Part shown: piece by piece, positions 48,579 through 57,306 of the stretch
How the letters are laid out: each line of letters begins with the position of its first letter
How positions within the stretch are numbered: the first letter of the stretch is position 1
Source: Candidatus Omnitrophota bacterium
GTDB lineage: Bacteria > Omnitrophota > Gorgyraeia > Duberdicusellales > 4484-171
Length of the DNA: 64,000 nucleotides
Assembly: GCA_016935525.1 (NCBI GenBank)
Contig: JAFGQU010000005.1
Span: 2,190 to 66,189, forward strand
Reading direction: 5' to 3'
Position numbers and translations under genes: made by a program
The notes under the pieces: model-generated
What the model was told of the DNA's origin: nothing
The model's input: only the letters and a program-made list of their open reading frames with translations
The model's database searches: none

Positions 48579-48663
48579 GTCATAAGGTCACAAAGACACA
48601 TAGTCACACGTAAGAAATGTTTAATGTATTCAGACGTGTGTCGTGTGACATGTGACGTGTGAC
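48579..48663. repeat. GTCACA-rich long palindromic intergenic repeat (copy 3 of 4)
   Basis: gtcataaggtcacaaagacacatagtcacacgt-[loop]-gacgtgtgtcgtgtgacatgtgacgtgtgac. Confidence 0.75.
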
Positions 48664-48682
48664 TTTCCAGCGGAGCTGGATT

Positions 48683-49327
48683 ATGAAAGAAGAAATTATA
48701 TTAATCGGCGGCGGTGGACATTGTAAATCCTGTATTGACGTGATCGAAAAAGGAGAAATATTCTCGATCGCCGGAATAGTCGATGTGAACGAAAAGGTGA
48801 ATCTCGATGTGTTGGGATATAAGATCTTCGCGACCGACGAAGAATTGCCCGGACTGGTCAAAGAATACGATTTCTTTCTGGTCACGCTCGGCCAGATCAA
48901 AATCGCCGAACCGCGGAAAAAAATATTTTCGTTTTTAAAAGGATTAGGCGCGAACCTCCCGGTGATACTCTCTCCCCGCTCATCGGTCGCCGCCTCATCC
49001 AGTATCGACGAGGGTACGATAGTGATGCATGATGTGATCGTGAATTCGCAAACCTCGATCGGAAAAAACTGCATCCTGAACAACAAATCCTGTATCGAAC
49101 ATGACGTCCATATCGGTGATCATTGCCATATTTCTACGGCAGCGATCATCAACGGCAACTGTACCGTTGATGAGGGGGCTTTTATCGGCAGCAACAGCGT
49201 GATCAATAATGGAGTGTATATCGGTAAGCATGTGGTGATCGGCGCCGGGAGCGTGGTGATCCATTCGATCGAAGAGGCTGGTATCTATGCCGGCAACCCG
49301 GCAGAAAAGATAGGGGATATTACTTGA
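48683..49327 (+). CDS. Hexapeptide-repeat sugar N-acetyltransferase (PglD/NeuD/LegH-like)
   Basis: N-terminal ILIGGGGHCKSCIDVIE Rossmann-like part plus left-handed beta-helix hexapeptide repeats. Start moved to ATG 48683, outside the repeat. Confidence 0.7.
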   Translation: MKEEIILIGGGGHCKSCIDVIEKGEIFSIAGIVDVNEKVNLDVLGYKIFATDEELPGLVKEYDFFLVTLGQIKIAEPRKKIFSFLKGLGANLPVILSPRSSVAASSSIDEGTIVMHDVIVNSQTSIGKNCILNNKSCIEHDVHIGDHCHISTAAIINGNCTVDEGAFIGSNSVINNGVYIGKHVVIGAGSVVIHSIEEAGIYAGNPAEKIGDIT

Positions 49328-49338
49328 TCTTAAGTAAA

Positions 49339-49405
49339 GTCACACGTCACAAAGTCACATAGACACACGTTGAAGAATCAATGCGTGTGTCGTGTGACAT
49401 GTGAC
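49339..49405. repeat. GTCACA-rich long palindromic intergenic repeat (copy 4 of 4)
   Basis: gtcacacgtcacaaagtcacatagacacacgt-[loop]-gcgtgtgtcgtgtgacatgtgac. Confidence 0.75.
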
Positions 49406-49458
49406 TCACGAATAGACGTTCTGTGATGATTGGTTTAGTGGCAGAATAAGGATAAAGA

Positions 49459-50625
49459 ATGGGAAACAAGCGTAAGGTTTGTATAGTCAGCGGGTCCCGC
49501 GCCGATTACGATCTTTTATATCCGCTATTGTGCGAATTAAAAGATTCATCGAAGGTGGAGGTGCAGATCATTGCGACGGGGATGCATCTTGAAAAAAAAT
49601 TCGGTGCGACCTGGCGCAATATTGAAGCCGATAGATTTAGGATCGATGCCCGCGTGCCGATCCAGTTAACCGGTGATACCCCGCAGCATATCAGTTCATC
49701 GGTAGCCAGAGCGATTCAGTTGTTAGCGGCAGTCTATAAGAAAATCGAACCTGATATTATCGTACTTTTAGGAGATCGGTTTGAAATCTTTGCCGGTGCG
49801 GTCGGTGCGCTTATCTGTGGTATTCCCGTTGCCCATCTTCACGGGGGAGAGGCGACATTTGGGGCGTTTGATGAGGCTCTTCGCCATTCGATTACCAAGA
49901 TGAGTCATCTCCATTTTACGGCAACAGAAAAATACCGCATGCGTGTGATCCAATTGGGCGAGAATCCGGAACGTGTATTTAATGTCGGCGCGTTAGGTAT
50001 CGATAATATCAGACGGGAGACGTTTTTGACTAAAGAAGAACTTGAGAGCAACCTGCAGATCAAGTTTAAACCGCAGAATCTGCTCATTACGTTTCATCCG
50101 GTGACCTTAGAGAAAAATACGAGCGGCGGACAATGTGAAGAACTACTTACGGCGCTTGATGAGTTAGAAAATACCCAGCTGATATTTACCAAAGCTAATG
50201 CCGATACCTATGGGAAAATTATTAATACTGCTCTTGAGGCATATGTGAAAAAACATAAAGAAAAGGCTGTTCTTTTTGATTGCTTAGGCAGAAGACGATA
50301 TTTGTCGTTAATGCAGTATATTGATGCGGTTGTGGGTAATTCTTCCTCGGGGATCATTGAGGCATCAAGTTTTCATATTGGTACAATCAATATCGGAGAC
50401 CGGCAAAAGGGAAGAATCCGCCCCAGTAGTGTCATCGACTGCGAGCCGACAACCTCCGGCATCCGTGATGGATTAAAGAGGCTGTATAGCCAGGAATTCC
50501 AGGGGAGCCTAAAGGATGTCACGAACCCTTACGGAGAAGGTGAAGCGGCAATAAAGATAAAAGAAGTATTAGAAACATACCCGTTGGAGGGAATATTAAA
50601 GAAAGAATTTTGGGACATTAAATGA
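49459..50625 (+). CDS. neuC: UDP-N-acetylglucosamine 2-epimerase (hydrolysing), NeuC/LegG-like
   Basis: KRKVCIVSGSRADYDLLYPL N-terminus is typical of NeuC-type hydrolysing 2-epimerases. 388 aa. Confidence 0.75.
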   Translation: MGNKRKVCIVSGSRADYDLLYPLLCELKDSSKVEVQIIATGMHLEKKFGATWRNIEADRFRIDARVPIQLTGDTPQHISSSVARAIQLLAAVYKKIEPDIIVLLGDRFEIFAGAVGALICGIPVAHLHGGEATFGAFDEALRHSITKMSHLHFTATEKYRMRVIQLGENPERVFNVGALGIDNIRRETFLTKEELESNLQIKFKPQNLLITFHPVTLEKNTSGGQCEELLTALDELENTQLIFTKANADTYGKIINTALEAYVKKHKEKAVLFDCLGRRRYLSLMQYIDAVVGNSSSGIIEASSFHIGTINIGDRQKGRIRPSSVIDCEPTTSGIRDGLKRLYSQEFQGSLKDVTNPYGEGEAAIKIKEVLETYPLEGILKKEFWDIK

Positions 50626-50657
50626 GACTTGGACTTTTAGAGCGTGAGCGAATAAAA

Positions 50658-50974
50658 GTCCGTAGTCGAATTGAACCCTTGACATTTTTCGATGGGCATT
50701 ATTTATTACGTTTACATTTTAGAATGTGCTGATGGTACTAAGTATTATGGTCATACAGATGATTTAAGAAAACGTATTGTTTCCCACTCGAAAGGGTATG
50801 TCTATTCAACAAAAAATAAAAGGCCGTTGCAGTTGATTTATTATGAAGAACACGATTCACGTTCAGCGGCGTTTAAAAGAGAGATGCAGTTTAAAAATGG
50901 CAAGACACGAAAAAAAAACCATAGAGGAAATGATAGGTTCATTTTCTCAAGAAAAATGTCAAGGGTTCAATTCG
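50658..50974. mobile_element. Compact GIY-YIG element bounded by perfect 23-bp inverted repeats
   Basis: Left IR cgaattgaacccttgacattttt (50666-50688). Right IR aaaaatgtcaagggttcaattcg (50953-50974). Inserted between the neuC-like gene and the CBS-nucleotidyltransferase gene. Confidence 0.6.
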
Positions 50975-51015
50975 TGCCTGTGACTTATGTTCACTCGATA
51001 AAGCTCGTTCCATAA
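50692..51015 (+). CDS. GIY-YIG nuclease family protein
   Basis: YYVYILECADGTKYYGHTDDLRKRIVSH...KREMQFKNGKTRKKN is a canonical GIY-YIG/URI motif. The 3' end of the ORF reads through the right IR. Confidence 0.75.
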   Translation: MGIIYYVYILECADGTKYYGHTDDLRKRIVSHSKGYVYSTKNKRPLQLIYYEEHDSRSAAFKREMQFKNGKTRKKNHRGNDRFIFSRKMSRVQFVPVTYVHSIKLVP

Positions 51016-51041
51016 GTCACGCACTCATTGAAGGAGCTATC

Positions 51042-52115
51042 ATGGAAAAAAAAGATCTATTTATTCTTCCGAATGAAACAATAAAAGAAGCGTTGAAAAA
51101 GCTGGACAAAACCGCCGAGAAAGCGTTACTGGTCGTCGATGAACACCAAAAGCTTCTGGGGACGCTTTCTGACGGCGACGTACGCCGCTGTTTATTGAAA
51201 GGGGAAGGGTTAGACGGAGATATTTCCGCGGTATTTAACCGTTCCCCGCGGGTGTTGCATAACGATACCTATACATTAGCCCAGGTTCGCGATGTCCTTT
51301 TGACTCACAAGATCCAGCTTTTGCCTCTGATTGATAGTCAAAACCGGGTAGTCGATTTTATTACCTGGAACCAGGTGTTTAAGAAAGAAAGAATAAGTCC
51401 GGCGGCGGAAAAAAAATTGGAGATACCGGTAGTGATCATGGCCGGAGGTAAAGGAACGCGGCTTGACCCGTTTACCCGTATTTTACCTAAACCACTTATT
51501 CCTATCGGTGACCGGCCGGTGATCGAGGTTATCATCGATGAGTTCAGGAAACAGGGAGTACGTAAATTTTATCTTATCCTTAATTACAAAGCCGAGATGA
51601 TCGAATCATATTTTGCCCATATCGATAAAGATTATGAGATCGAATATGTGAAAGAACCGGATTTTTACGGAACCGCGGGAAGTTTAAAATTGATTCAGGA
51701 CCGGATTGCCGATCTTTTTATCGTCTCGAATTGTGATGTGATGGTCCGGGCTCACCTTCAGGAAGTCATCGATCTCCATAATGCCCAGAAAGCTTTATTT
51801 ACCGTGCTCTCTTCGATCCAGCACCATAAGATCCCTTACGGGGTCATTGAGTTTAAAGAGCAGGGTGAAGTCGTCGATATCGTGGAAAAACCTGAATATA
51901 CCTTTGCGATAAATACCGGGGTCTATATCCTGAACCGCGAAGTTCTTAAGACCATTCCGGCGCATTCCCGGTTCGATATGACCGATCTGATGCAGGCTCT
52001 TTTCAAAGAAAAGAAAAAAGTGCTCACCTATCCGGTCAACGAGAGTGATTACATCGATATCGGCCAATGGGAAGAGTATAAACAAGTTATCGATAAATTC
52101 CAGATATTTCCTTAA
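51042..52115 (+). CDS. CBS-domain sugar-phosphate nucleotidyltransferase (PtmE-like)
   Basis: N-terminal CBS pair. C-terminal nucleotidyltransferase (VVIMAGGKGTRLDPFTRILPKPLIPIG). Confidence 0.7.
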   Translation: MEKKDLFILPNETIKEALKKLDKTAEKALLVVDEHQKLLGTLSDGDVRRCLLKGEGLDGDISAVFNRSPRVLHNDTYTLAQVRDVLLTHKIQLLPLIDSQNRVVDFITWNQVFKKERISPAAEKKLEIPVVIMAGGKGTRLDPFTRILPKPLIPIGDRPVIEVIIDEFRKQGVRKFYLILNYKAEMIESYFAHIDKDYEIEYVKEPDFYGTAGSLKLIQDRIADLFIVSNCDVMVRAHLQEVIDLHNAQKALFTVLSSIQHHKIPYGVIEFKEQGEVVDIVEKPEYTFAINTGVYILNREVLKTIPAHSRFDMTDLMQALFKEKKKVLTYPVNESDYIDIGQWEEYKQVIDKFQIFP

Positions 52116-52217
52116 TTTATCCTTTAAAACCACTGCTCCCCGGATTTTCTCATGATTTTACTGTAAGCGCTTACAGTAAAAATGCCCTTTATTTTCTGCC
52201 TATTTTCGTCTTAACGT

Positions 52218-52244
52218 TAAAGTTTTCTGGCTGATGACCGATAA
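52218..52244 (+). promoter_or_regulatory. Sigma-28 promoter upstream of the flgK operon
   Basis: TAAAGTTT (52218-52225), 11-nt spacer, ACCGATAA (52237-52244). ATG at 52263. Confidence 0.75.
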
Positions 52245-52262
52245 TAAAAGTGAGGTTAAAAA

Positions 52263-52496
52263 ATGAGAGGGGTTATGGAAAGAAGAACCGCAACAAAAAT
52301 AATGACCCGGAGAGAAAAGGCGCGGATCGCTTATTTCCCTCACGCGTATAATTACATCATGAAAGAAGAGATCCTCAAAGGATTTCATTCGGTAAATAGA
52401 GAAAAGGTAGAAAGTATTAAAGAATTATTAAAAAATAATCTCCATATTGCGGAGAAGGCATCGGAAGTTGCCGAAAAAATAATCAAGGGGGTATAA
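52263..52496 (+). CDS. Small hypothetical protein upstream of flgK
   Basis: 77 aa, basic. First ORF after the sigma-28 promoter. Confidence 0.3.
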   Translation: MRGVMERRTATKIMTRREKARIAYFPHAYNYIMKEEILKGFHSVNREKVESIKELLKNNLHIAEKASEVAEKIIKGV

Positions 52497-52499
52497 AAA

Positions 52500-53966
52500 A
52501 TGGCTGTATCACCATTTTTCGGAATTGAAATAGGATTAAGAGCGCTTCAGGCCCAGAAATTGGCGATGAACGTATTGTCTCATAATGTCGCCAATGCCAA
52601 TACTCCCGGATATTCCCGGCAACAAGTCAATCTGACCGCAAGCGATCCTTATACCGTCCCCGGTTTCAACCGGGGAATAGGAGCCGGACAGGTCGGATCC
52701 GGCGTTGAAATCGTAAGTATTACCCGGGCGAGAGATAACAGCCTTACCCGTCAGGTCCGTGATAATGTGAACCTTTTTCAGGAATATGAGACTCGGGAAA
52801 GTTTTTATCAGAGGATCGAAGCGGTATTCAACGAACCGGGCGCGACGGGACTGAGCCAGTTGATGAACGATTTTTTTAACGCGTGGCGGGAACTGGCAAC
52901 GACTCCGGAAAGTAACGCGGCCCGAGCCCTGGTAAAACAGAAAGGTCAGTCTTTATCCGATTATTTTAACCGTATCGATAACGACCTGACCGCGATGCAA
53001 AAAGATGTCGATAATAATATCCGTGCGGTATCAACCGATATCAATACGCTTCTGCGCCAGTTAGGCGAGACCAACGTACTCCTGCGGGGAGTCGTAGCTC
53101 AAGGCGATAACCCTAATGATCTGTTAGACCGGAGGGATTCTCTGCTTGAAGAGCTTTCCGGATATGTGGATATCCAGGTCGTGGAACAACCCGATCTTAC
53201 CGTCAATGTCTATGTGAGCGGCCGGAATCTAGTGCAAGCCGATATCGTCCGGGAGATCGTCGTACAAAATAATGCCAGCAACAATTTTTATGCCCAGTTA
53301 AAGGTCGAAGGAGAAGAGACCGGAGCCGATCTGGTAGTCAACGGCGGAGAACTGAAAGCGTTGTTGGATACACGTGACGATACGACTATCGGTATCGAAG
53401 GATACCTTAACAGTATAGACCAATTAGCCTATAATCTGGCTGCGGGAATAAATACTATCCATGGTGCCGGGTACGGATTAGACGGGGTAAACGGCCGGGA
53501 TTTTTTTATCGATGTGACGGCGTTTACGGTCGCGGGTACCGCCGGCCGGCTTTCACTTTCAACGAACATCACCGATCCCACAAACGGTTTGCGTAATGTC
53601 GCTGCCTGTGGTCTACTTGATCCGGTCACCGGTCTGCCGATGGTTCCCGGAGACGGCAGTAATGCGTTAGCGATCGCTCAGTTACAGGATGATACCGCGA
53701 TTATGAGCGGCCTTACTGTTCACGATTTTTATAATAATACGATTTCGGGATTAGGGATCTATTCGCAAGAAGAGACTAAAAATAGAGAAAACCAGGAATT
53801 TTTATTAAATCAATTACGTAATCTGGAAGATAGTACTTCCGGGGTCAATCTCGATGAAGAAGCCGCCAAGATGATCACGTTTGAAAACGCCTATAACGCG
53901 GCGGCTCAAGTGATCCGTATCATGGATGAGACGATCCAGACGTTGATCGAATTATTAGGAAGCTGA
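52500..53966 (+). CDS. flgK: Flagellar hook-associated protein 1, FlgK
   Basis: LRALQAQKLAMNVLSHNVANANTPGYSRQQ N-terminus. 488 aa. Followed by flgL. Confidence 0.85.
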   Translation: MAVSPFFGIEIGLRALQAQKLAMNVLSHNVANANTPGYSRQQVNLTASDPYTVPGFNRGIGAGQVGSGVEIVSITRARDNSLTRQVRDNVNLFQEYETRESFYQRIEAVFNEPGATGLSQLMNDFFNAWRELATTPESNAARALVKQKGQSLSDYFNRIDNDLTAMQKDVDNNIRAVSTDINTLLRQLGETNVLLRGVVAQGDNPNDLLDRRDSLLEELSGYVDIQVVEQPDLTVNVYVSGRNLVQADIVREIVVQNNASNNFYAQLKVEGEETGADLVVNGGELKALLDTRDDTTIGIEGYLNSIDQLAYNLAAGINTIHGAGYGLDGVNGRDFFIDVTAFTVAGTAGRLSLSTNITDPTNGLRNVAACGLLDPVTGLPMVPGDGSNALAIAQLQDDTAIMSGLTVHDFYNNTISGLGIYSQEETKNRENQEFLLNQLRNLEDSTSGVNLDEEAAKMITFENAYNAAAQVIRIMDETIQTLIELLGS

Positions 53967-53995
53967 TTTTGAAGACTTAAGGAGGAGGAGTTACT

Positions 53996-54949
53996 ATGCG
54001 TATTTCCACGGCAGGATTATTAAGAACGTCGGTATTTAATATTCAAAAACATTTCGAACGGTTGGCGGATAATCAGGAGCAGTTAGCCTCCGGGATACGG
54101 GTACAGCTCCCTTCCGATGACCCGGTCGCGACCCAACGAATATTGAGTTGGCGGAAAGTACGGGATAATATCGGACAACACCACCGTAATATCAGCAGCG
54201 CGCAGATCTGGCTGAATACGACCGAAACGATGGTCTCTTCTATCCAGGATCTGGTCGAACGGGCCTATGAACTGGCTTTAGGCGCATCGAATGAGCTTCT
54301 TCCCCAAACAGTACGCCAAACCTACTCCGAAGATATCGATACGATATTAAAAGAAGTCTTACGGTTGTCCAACCAGGTGATCGACGATTTTTATCTGCTC
54401 GGCGGTCATCAAAGTGATGTCACACCGTTTAGCGCAGTGACGGCGGGAACTACGATCGTGAGCGTAGATTATAACGGAAACGGCGGGCAACGTGATGTGG
54501 AATTAAGCCCGCAGACGACCATGACGATCAATACCTTAGGCAGTAACGACCGGGATGATGACGGAATCGCCGATGACGCTATCCCGGCGGTATTGAGGGA
54601 TGCGAACCTGGGGATTGATGTATTCGATACGCTTATTGATCTGCGTGACGACATGATCGCCGGAAACGTACCGAATATCCTTAATAACCGCCTTCCCGAA
54701 ATGGAAGCGATCATCGATAACCTGGCGTTACATCGTTCCGAGATAGGGTTGAAATTACAGTCGGTCGATCTTATCCAGGATATTATTTCTCAGGAAGAAC
54801 TTGATGTGAACGTTGATATCCAACAGAACGAACAGGCGGATTATGCCACGGTAGTCTCCAATATCAGTTATGAGCAGACGATATATCAGGCAGCGAATGT
54901 TACTACCAGCCGGTTGATCCAGGGAAGTCTATTTGACTTTTTACAGTGA
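53996..54949 (+). CDS. flgL: Flagellar hook-associated protein 3, FlgL
   Basis: Flagellin-like N and C termini. 317 aa. Position after flgK. Confidence 0.75.
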   Translation: MRISTAGLLRTSVFNIQKHFERLADNQEQLASGIRVQLPSDDPVATQRILSWRKVRDNIGQHHRNISSAQIWLNTTETMVSSIQDLVERAYELALGASNELLPQTVRQTYSEDIDTILKEVLRLSNQVIDDFYLLGGHQSDVTPFSAVTAGTTIVSVDYNGNGGQRDVELSPQTTMTINTLGSNDRDDDGIADDAIPAVLRDANLGIDVFDTLIDLRDDMIAGNVPNILNNRLPEMEAIIDNLALHRSEIGLKLQSVDLIQDIISQEELDVNVDIQQNEQADYATVVSNISYEQTIYQAANVTTSRLIQGSLFDFLQ

Positions 54950-54980
54950 TATGGTGTATACATGGTAAGAGGAGACAAAT

Positions 54981-55418
54981 ATGAGTGAAGTAAAAAACAT
55001 TGATTATCAGGTCCTCGATTTGAAAAAAGAGAATATTTTTACCTTTTCCGAAGGGATCCCCGGGTTCGAAAAAGTCCAGCGGTTCGCGATCCTTACCAAC
55101 CCTGAGGAAGCGCCGTTTGGGAGGCTTACCGCGATAGAACATGACCTGTGTTTTATTATTATCAACCCCTGGACAGTATATCCTGAATACAAGCCGGATA
55201 TCGACCAGGAAGATATCGATAAGATCGAATCCCCTTCAAACGAGGAGATCCTTATCCTGGCGATTGTGACGATCCCGGAAGGAGCCCCGCAGGAAGCGAC
55301 GATGAATTTGGTCGCGCCCCTGATCATTCATACCAAAAAGGGGCTGGGCCGGCAGGTGATTTTGAACAATTATAAGGAATATTCTTCTAAGTATAGGCTG
55401 TGGAAGGACTTAGAATAG
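54981..55418 (+). CDS. fliW: Flagellar assembly factor FliW
   Basis: FTFSEGIPGFEKVQRFAIL...FIIINPW matches the FliW family. Adjacent to csrA. Confidence 0.85.
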   Translation: MSEVKNIDYQVLDLKKENIFTFSEGIPGFEKVQRFAILTNPEEAPFGRLTAIEHDLCFIIINPWTVYPEYKPDIDQEDIDKIESPSNEEILILAIVTIPEGAPQEATMNLVAPLIIHTKKGLGRQVILNNYKEYSSKYRLWKDLE

Positions 55419-55552
55419 ATCTCGCTGCGTGAGCAACTCGTTCTTTGATCACAGTGATGAACAGAAAACCTATATAGGGGGGACAAAAATAAATATTCTC
55501 TATATATAGCACATAATTACTGAATCTTTTTAAACATCACCGTAATCTCTAC

Positions 55553-55580
55553 TAAAGTTTCTTTGAAAAGTGGTCGATAA
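55553..55580 (+). promoter_or_regulatory. Sigma-28 promoter upstream of csrA-flagellin
   Basis: TAAAGTTT (55553-55560), 12-nt spacer, GTCGATAA (55573-55580). csrA ATG at 55605. Confidence 0.7.
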
Positions 55581-55604
55581 TAATATTGGAGCCAAGGAGG
55601 GGCT

Positions 55605-55877
55605 ATGCTGGTACTGACAAGGAAGTTAGATGAATCGATTATTATTGGCGAGAACATTGAAATCAAGGTCCTAGAAGTAAGAGGGGAACAGGTCCGGTTA
55701 GGGATTGTTGCCCCCAGAAGCATCAGTGTTCACCGTAAAGAGCTCTATGATAAAATAAAGAGTATTAATGTCGAGTCGGTAAAAACCAAGACCGACAAAA
55801 TAACCGTTCCCTTTAAATCCAAGGAAGGAGGTGAACAGAAGCCAGATTCAACACAAAACGGGGAACATGCAGAATAG
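55605..55877 (+). CDS. csrA: Carbon storage regulator CsrA (flagellin translational repressor)
   Basis: [48 protein letters not shown] is canonical CsrA. Confidence 0.9.
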   Translation: MLVLTRKLDESIIIGENIEIKVLEVRGEQVRLGIVAPRSISVHRKELYDKIKSINVESVKTKTDKITVPFKSKEGGEQKPDSTQNGEHAE

Positions 55878-55919
55878 ATTGACAAGGATGTAGTCAGAGA
55901 AACACACAAGGAGGTAAAA

Positions 55920-56750
55920 ATGCCATTATACATACTGAGCAACATTCCATCAATGCGCGCCCAGAGACATTTGGGCGTCCAGCAGAGAGGGTTAAACACA
56001 ACTCTCGAAAGACTCGCTTCCGGTAAAAGAATCAACACCGCGAAAGATGACCCAGCCGGGTTGTTACTTTCAACCCGTTTAGGGAAAAGCGTAACGGCAT
56101 GGACTTCAGGCTCTAACAGCTTAAATATGGGGTTAGACCTGATCGCTACCGCCGACAGCTTTTTGACTATTCTCGTTGAAGATTTAGAAAGATTGTACCA
56201 GTTAGCTTCCGATGCGATGAACGGGTTACTTTCTAATGGTGAAAGATCCCTTCTGAACGAAGAATATTCAAGAATCCTTCCGGAAATGCAGAGATTGGCT
56301 CTGAATACCAAATTCTTAGACCAGACTCTGTTGGCCGGAGGAATGACAGTATCTATCCGTGTAGGTGAAGGTGCCGGTAATAACGTTACGATTATGATCG
56401 GTGCGTTGACCTATGGTGGTGGTGCATTAGCTATTTCTAATACATCGATCACCTCTCAGGGAGCTGCCTCTGCGGCATTACAGGCTCTTTCCAATGCTTT
56501 CTCCTCGATCGGACAAGTTATTGCTGAAATCGGTGCTCAAGGTAACGCGTTTACCAAGAGTGTCGACGCACAGAATGCGTTGGTCGAGAACCTGAGCGCT
56601 GCTAAAGGGAGAATCATGAATGCTGATCTGGCTGTGGAAACTACGAACCTGACGAATCAACAGATCGTAGTCCAATCGGGTATCTCAGCGTTAGTACAGG
56701 CAAACTCAGCCCAGACATTAGCGTTAGCTCTTTTAGGCGGAGGATTCTAA
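55920..56750 (+). CDS. fliC: Flagellin
   Basis: Conserved flagellin N-terminal (RLASGKRINTAKDDPAGL) and C-terminal (LTNQQIVVQSGISALVQANSAQTLALALL) domains. Short 276-aa form. Confidence 0.9.
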   Translation: MPLYILSNIPSMRAQRHLGVQQRGLNTTLERLASGKRINTAKDDPAGLLLSTRLGKSVTAWTSGSNSLNMGLDLIATADSFLTILVEDLERLYQLASDAMNGLLSNGERSLLNEEYSRILPEMQRLALNTKFLDQTLLAGGMTVSIRVGEGAGNNVTIMIGALTYGGGALAISNTSITSQGAASAALQALSNAFSSIGQVIAEIGAQGNAFTKSVDAQNALVENLSAAKGRIMNADLAVETTNLTNQQIVVQSGISALVQANSAQTLALALLGGGF

Positions 56751-56765
56751 GTTACGTGAATAAAT

Positions 56766-56810
56766 GTCAGGGGGGCTTGTACCCCCTGACTAGTATTGAT
56801 AATTTTTAAA
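56766..56810 (+). terminator. Terminator-like hairpin after flagellin
   Basis: gtcaggggg-gcttgta-ccccctgac then a T-rich tail (tagtattgataattttt). Confidence 0.45.
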
Positions 56811-56823
56811 TTATGGGGTAAAC

Positions 56824-57306
56824 ATGGAAGAGCACGAAGTAATAAAAAATGTGGATTTTAAAGAGATAAAGACGCGGTTTTCGTATCTTAATCTAAAAAA
56901 CGATCCGCGGGCGCACATACGTAAAACTCAATCCCGGACCGAGAAGTTACAGGAATTGACTGAAGAACAGCTTAAAGAAGCAAACTCACGCTCACAAGAG
57001 AATGAGTATGAATATTTTAAGTACGGGGTCGATCATACTGCGCAAGGCGCGACCAAGAAGACCCAGGAGCTCGTTGAGAGAATAAAAGATACATCGCTGT
57101 ATATCCGGTTTCAAGAGACCGAAGGAGCGATGCGGGCGCATGTGATGAATAAAGTAACTCATGAATTAGTGGCGATCATACCCTGGTCGCAAAGAGTGAG
57201 AGACCAGCAGGTCCAGCAGAACCGTGAGTTTGTGCAGTTAAACTCACAGATCTTCGGCGTATTCGGTTCTACTCTTGCTGGCGGGGAGGTGGATAAACAG
57301 ATATGA
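56824..57306 (+). CDS. flaG: FlaG-family flagellar protein
   Basis: Position between flagellin and fliD. C-terminal ...THELVAIIP... resembles the FlaG conserved end. Confidence 0.45.
   Translation: MEEHEVIKNVDFKEIKTRFSYLNLKNDPRAHIRKTQSRTEKLQELTEEQLKEANSRSQENEYEYFKYGVDHTAQGATKKTQELVERIKDTSLYIRFQETEGAMRAHVMNKVTHELVAIIPWSQRVRDQQVQQNREFVQLNSQIFGVFGSTLAGGEVDKQI

Noticed and set aside
52158-52186. Palindrome ttactgtaagcgcttacagtaa as a terminator
   Set aside because: A perfect palindrome, but there is no downstream T-run on the + strand and the sigma-28 promoter follows immediately. It could as well be a protein-binding site, so it is left uncalled.
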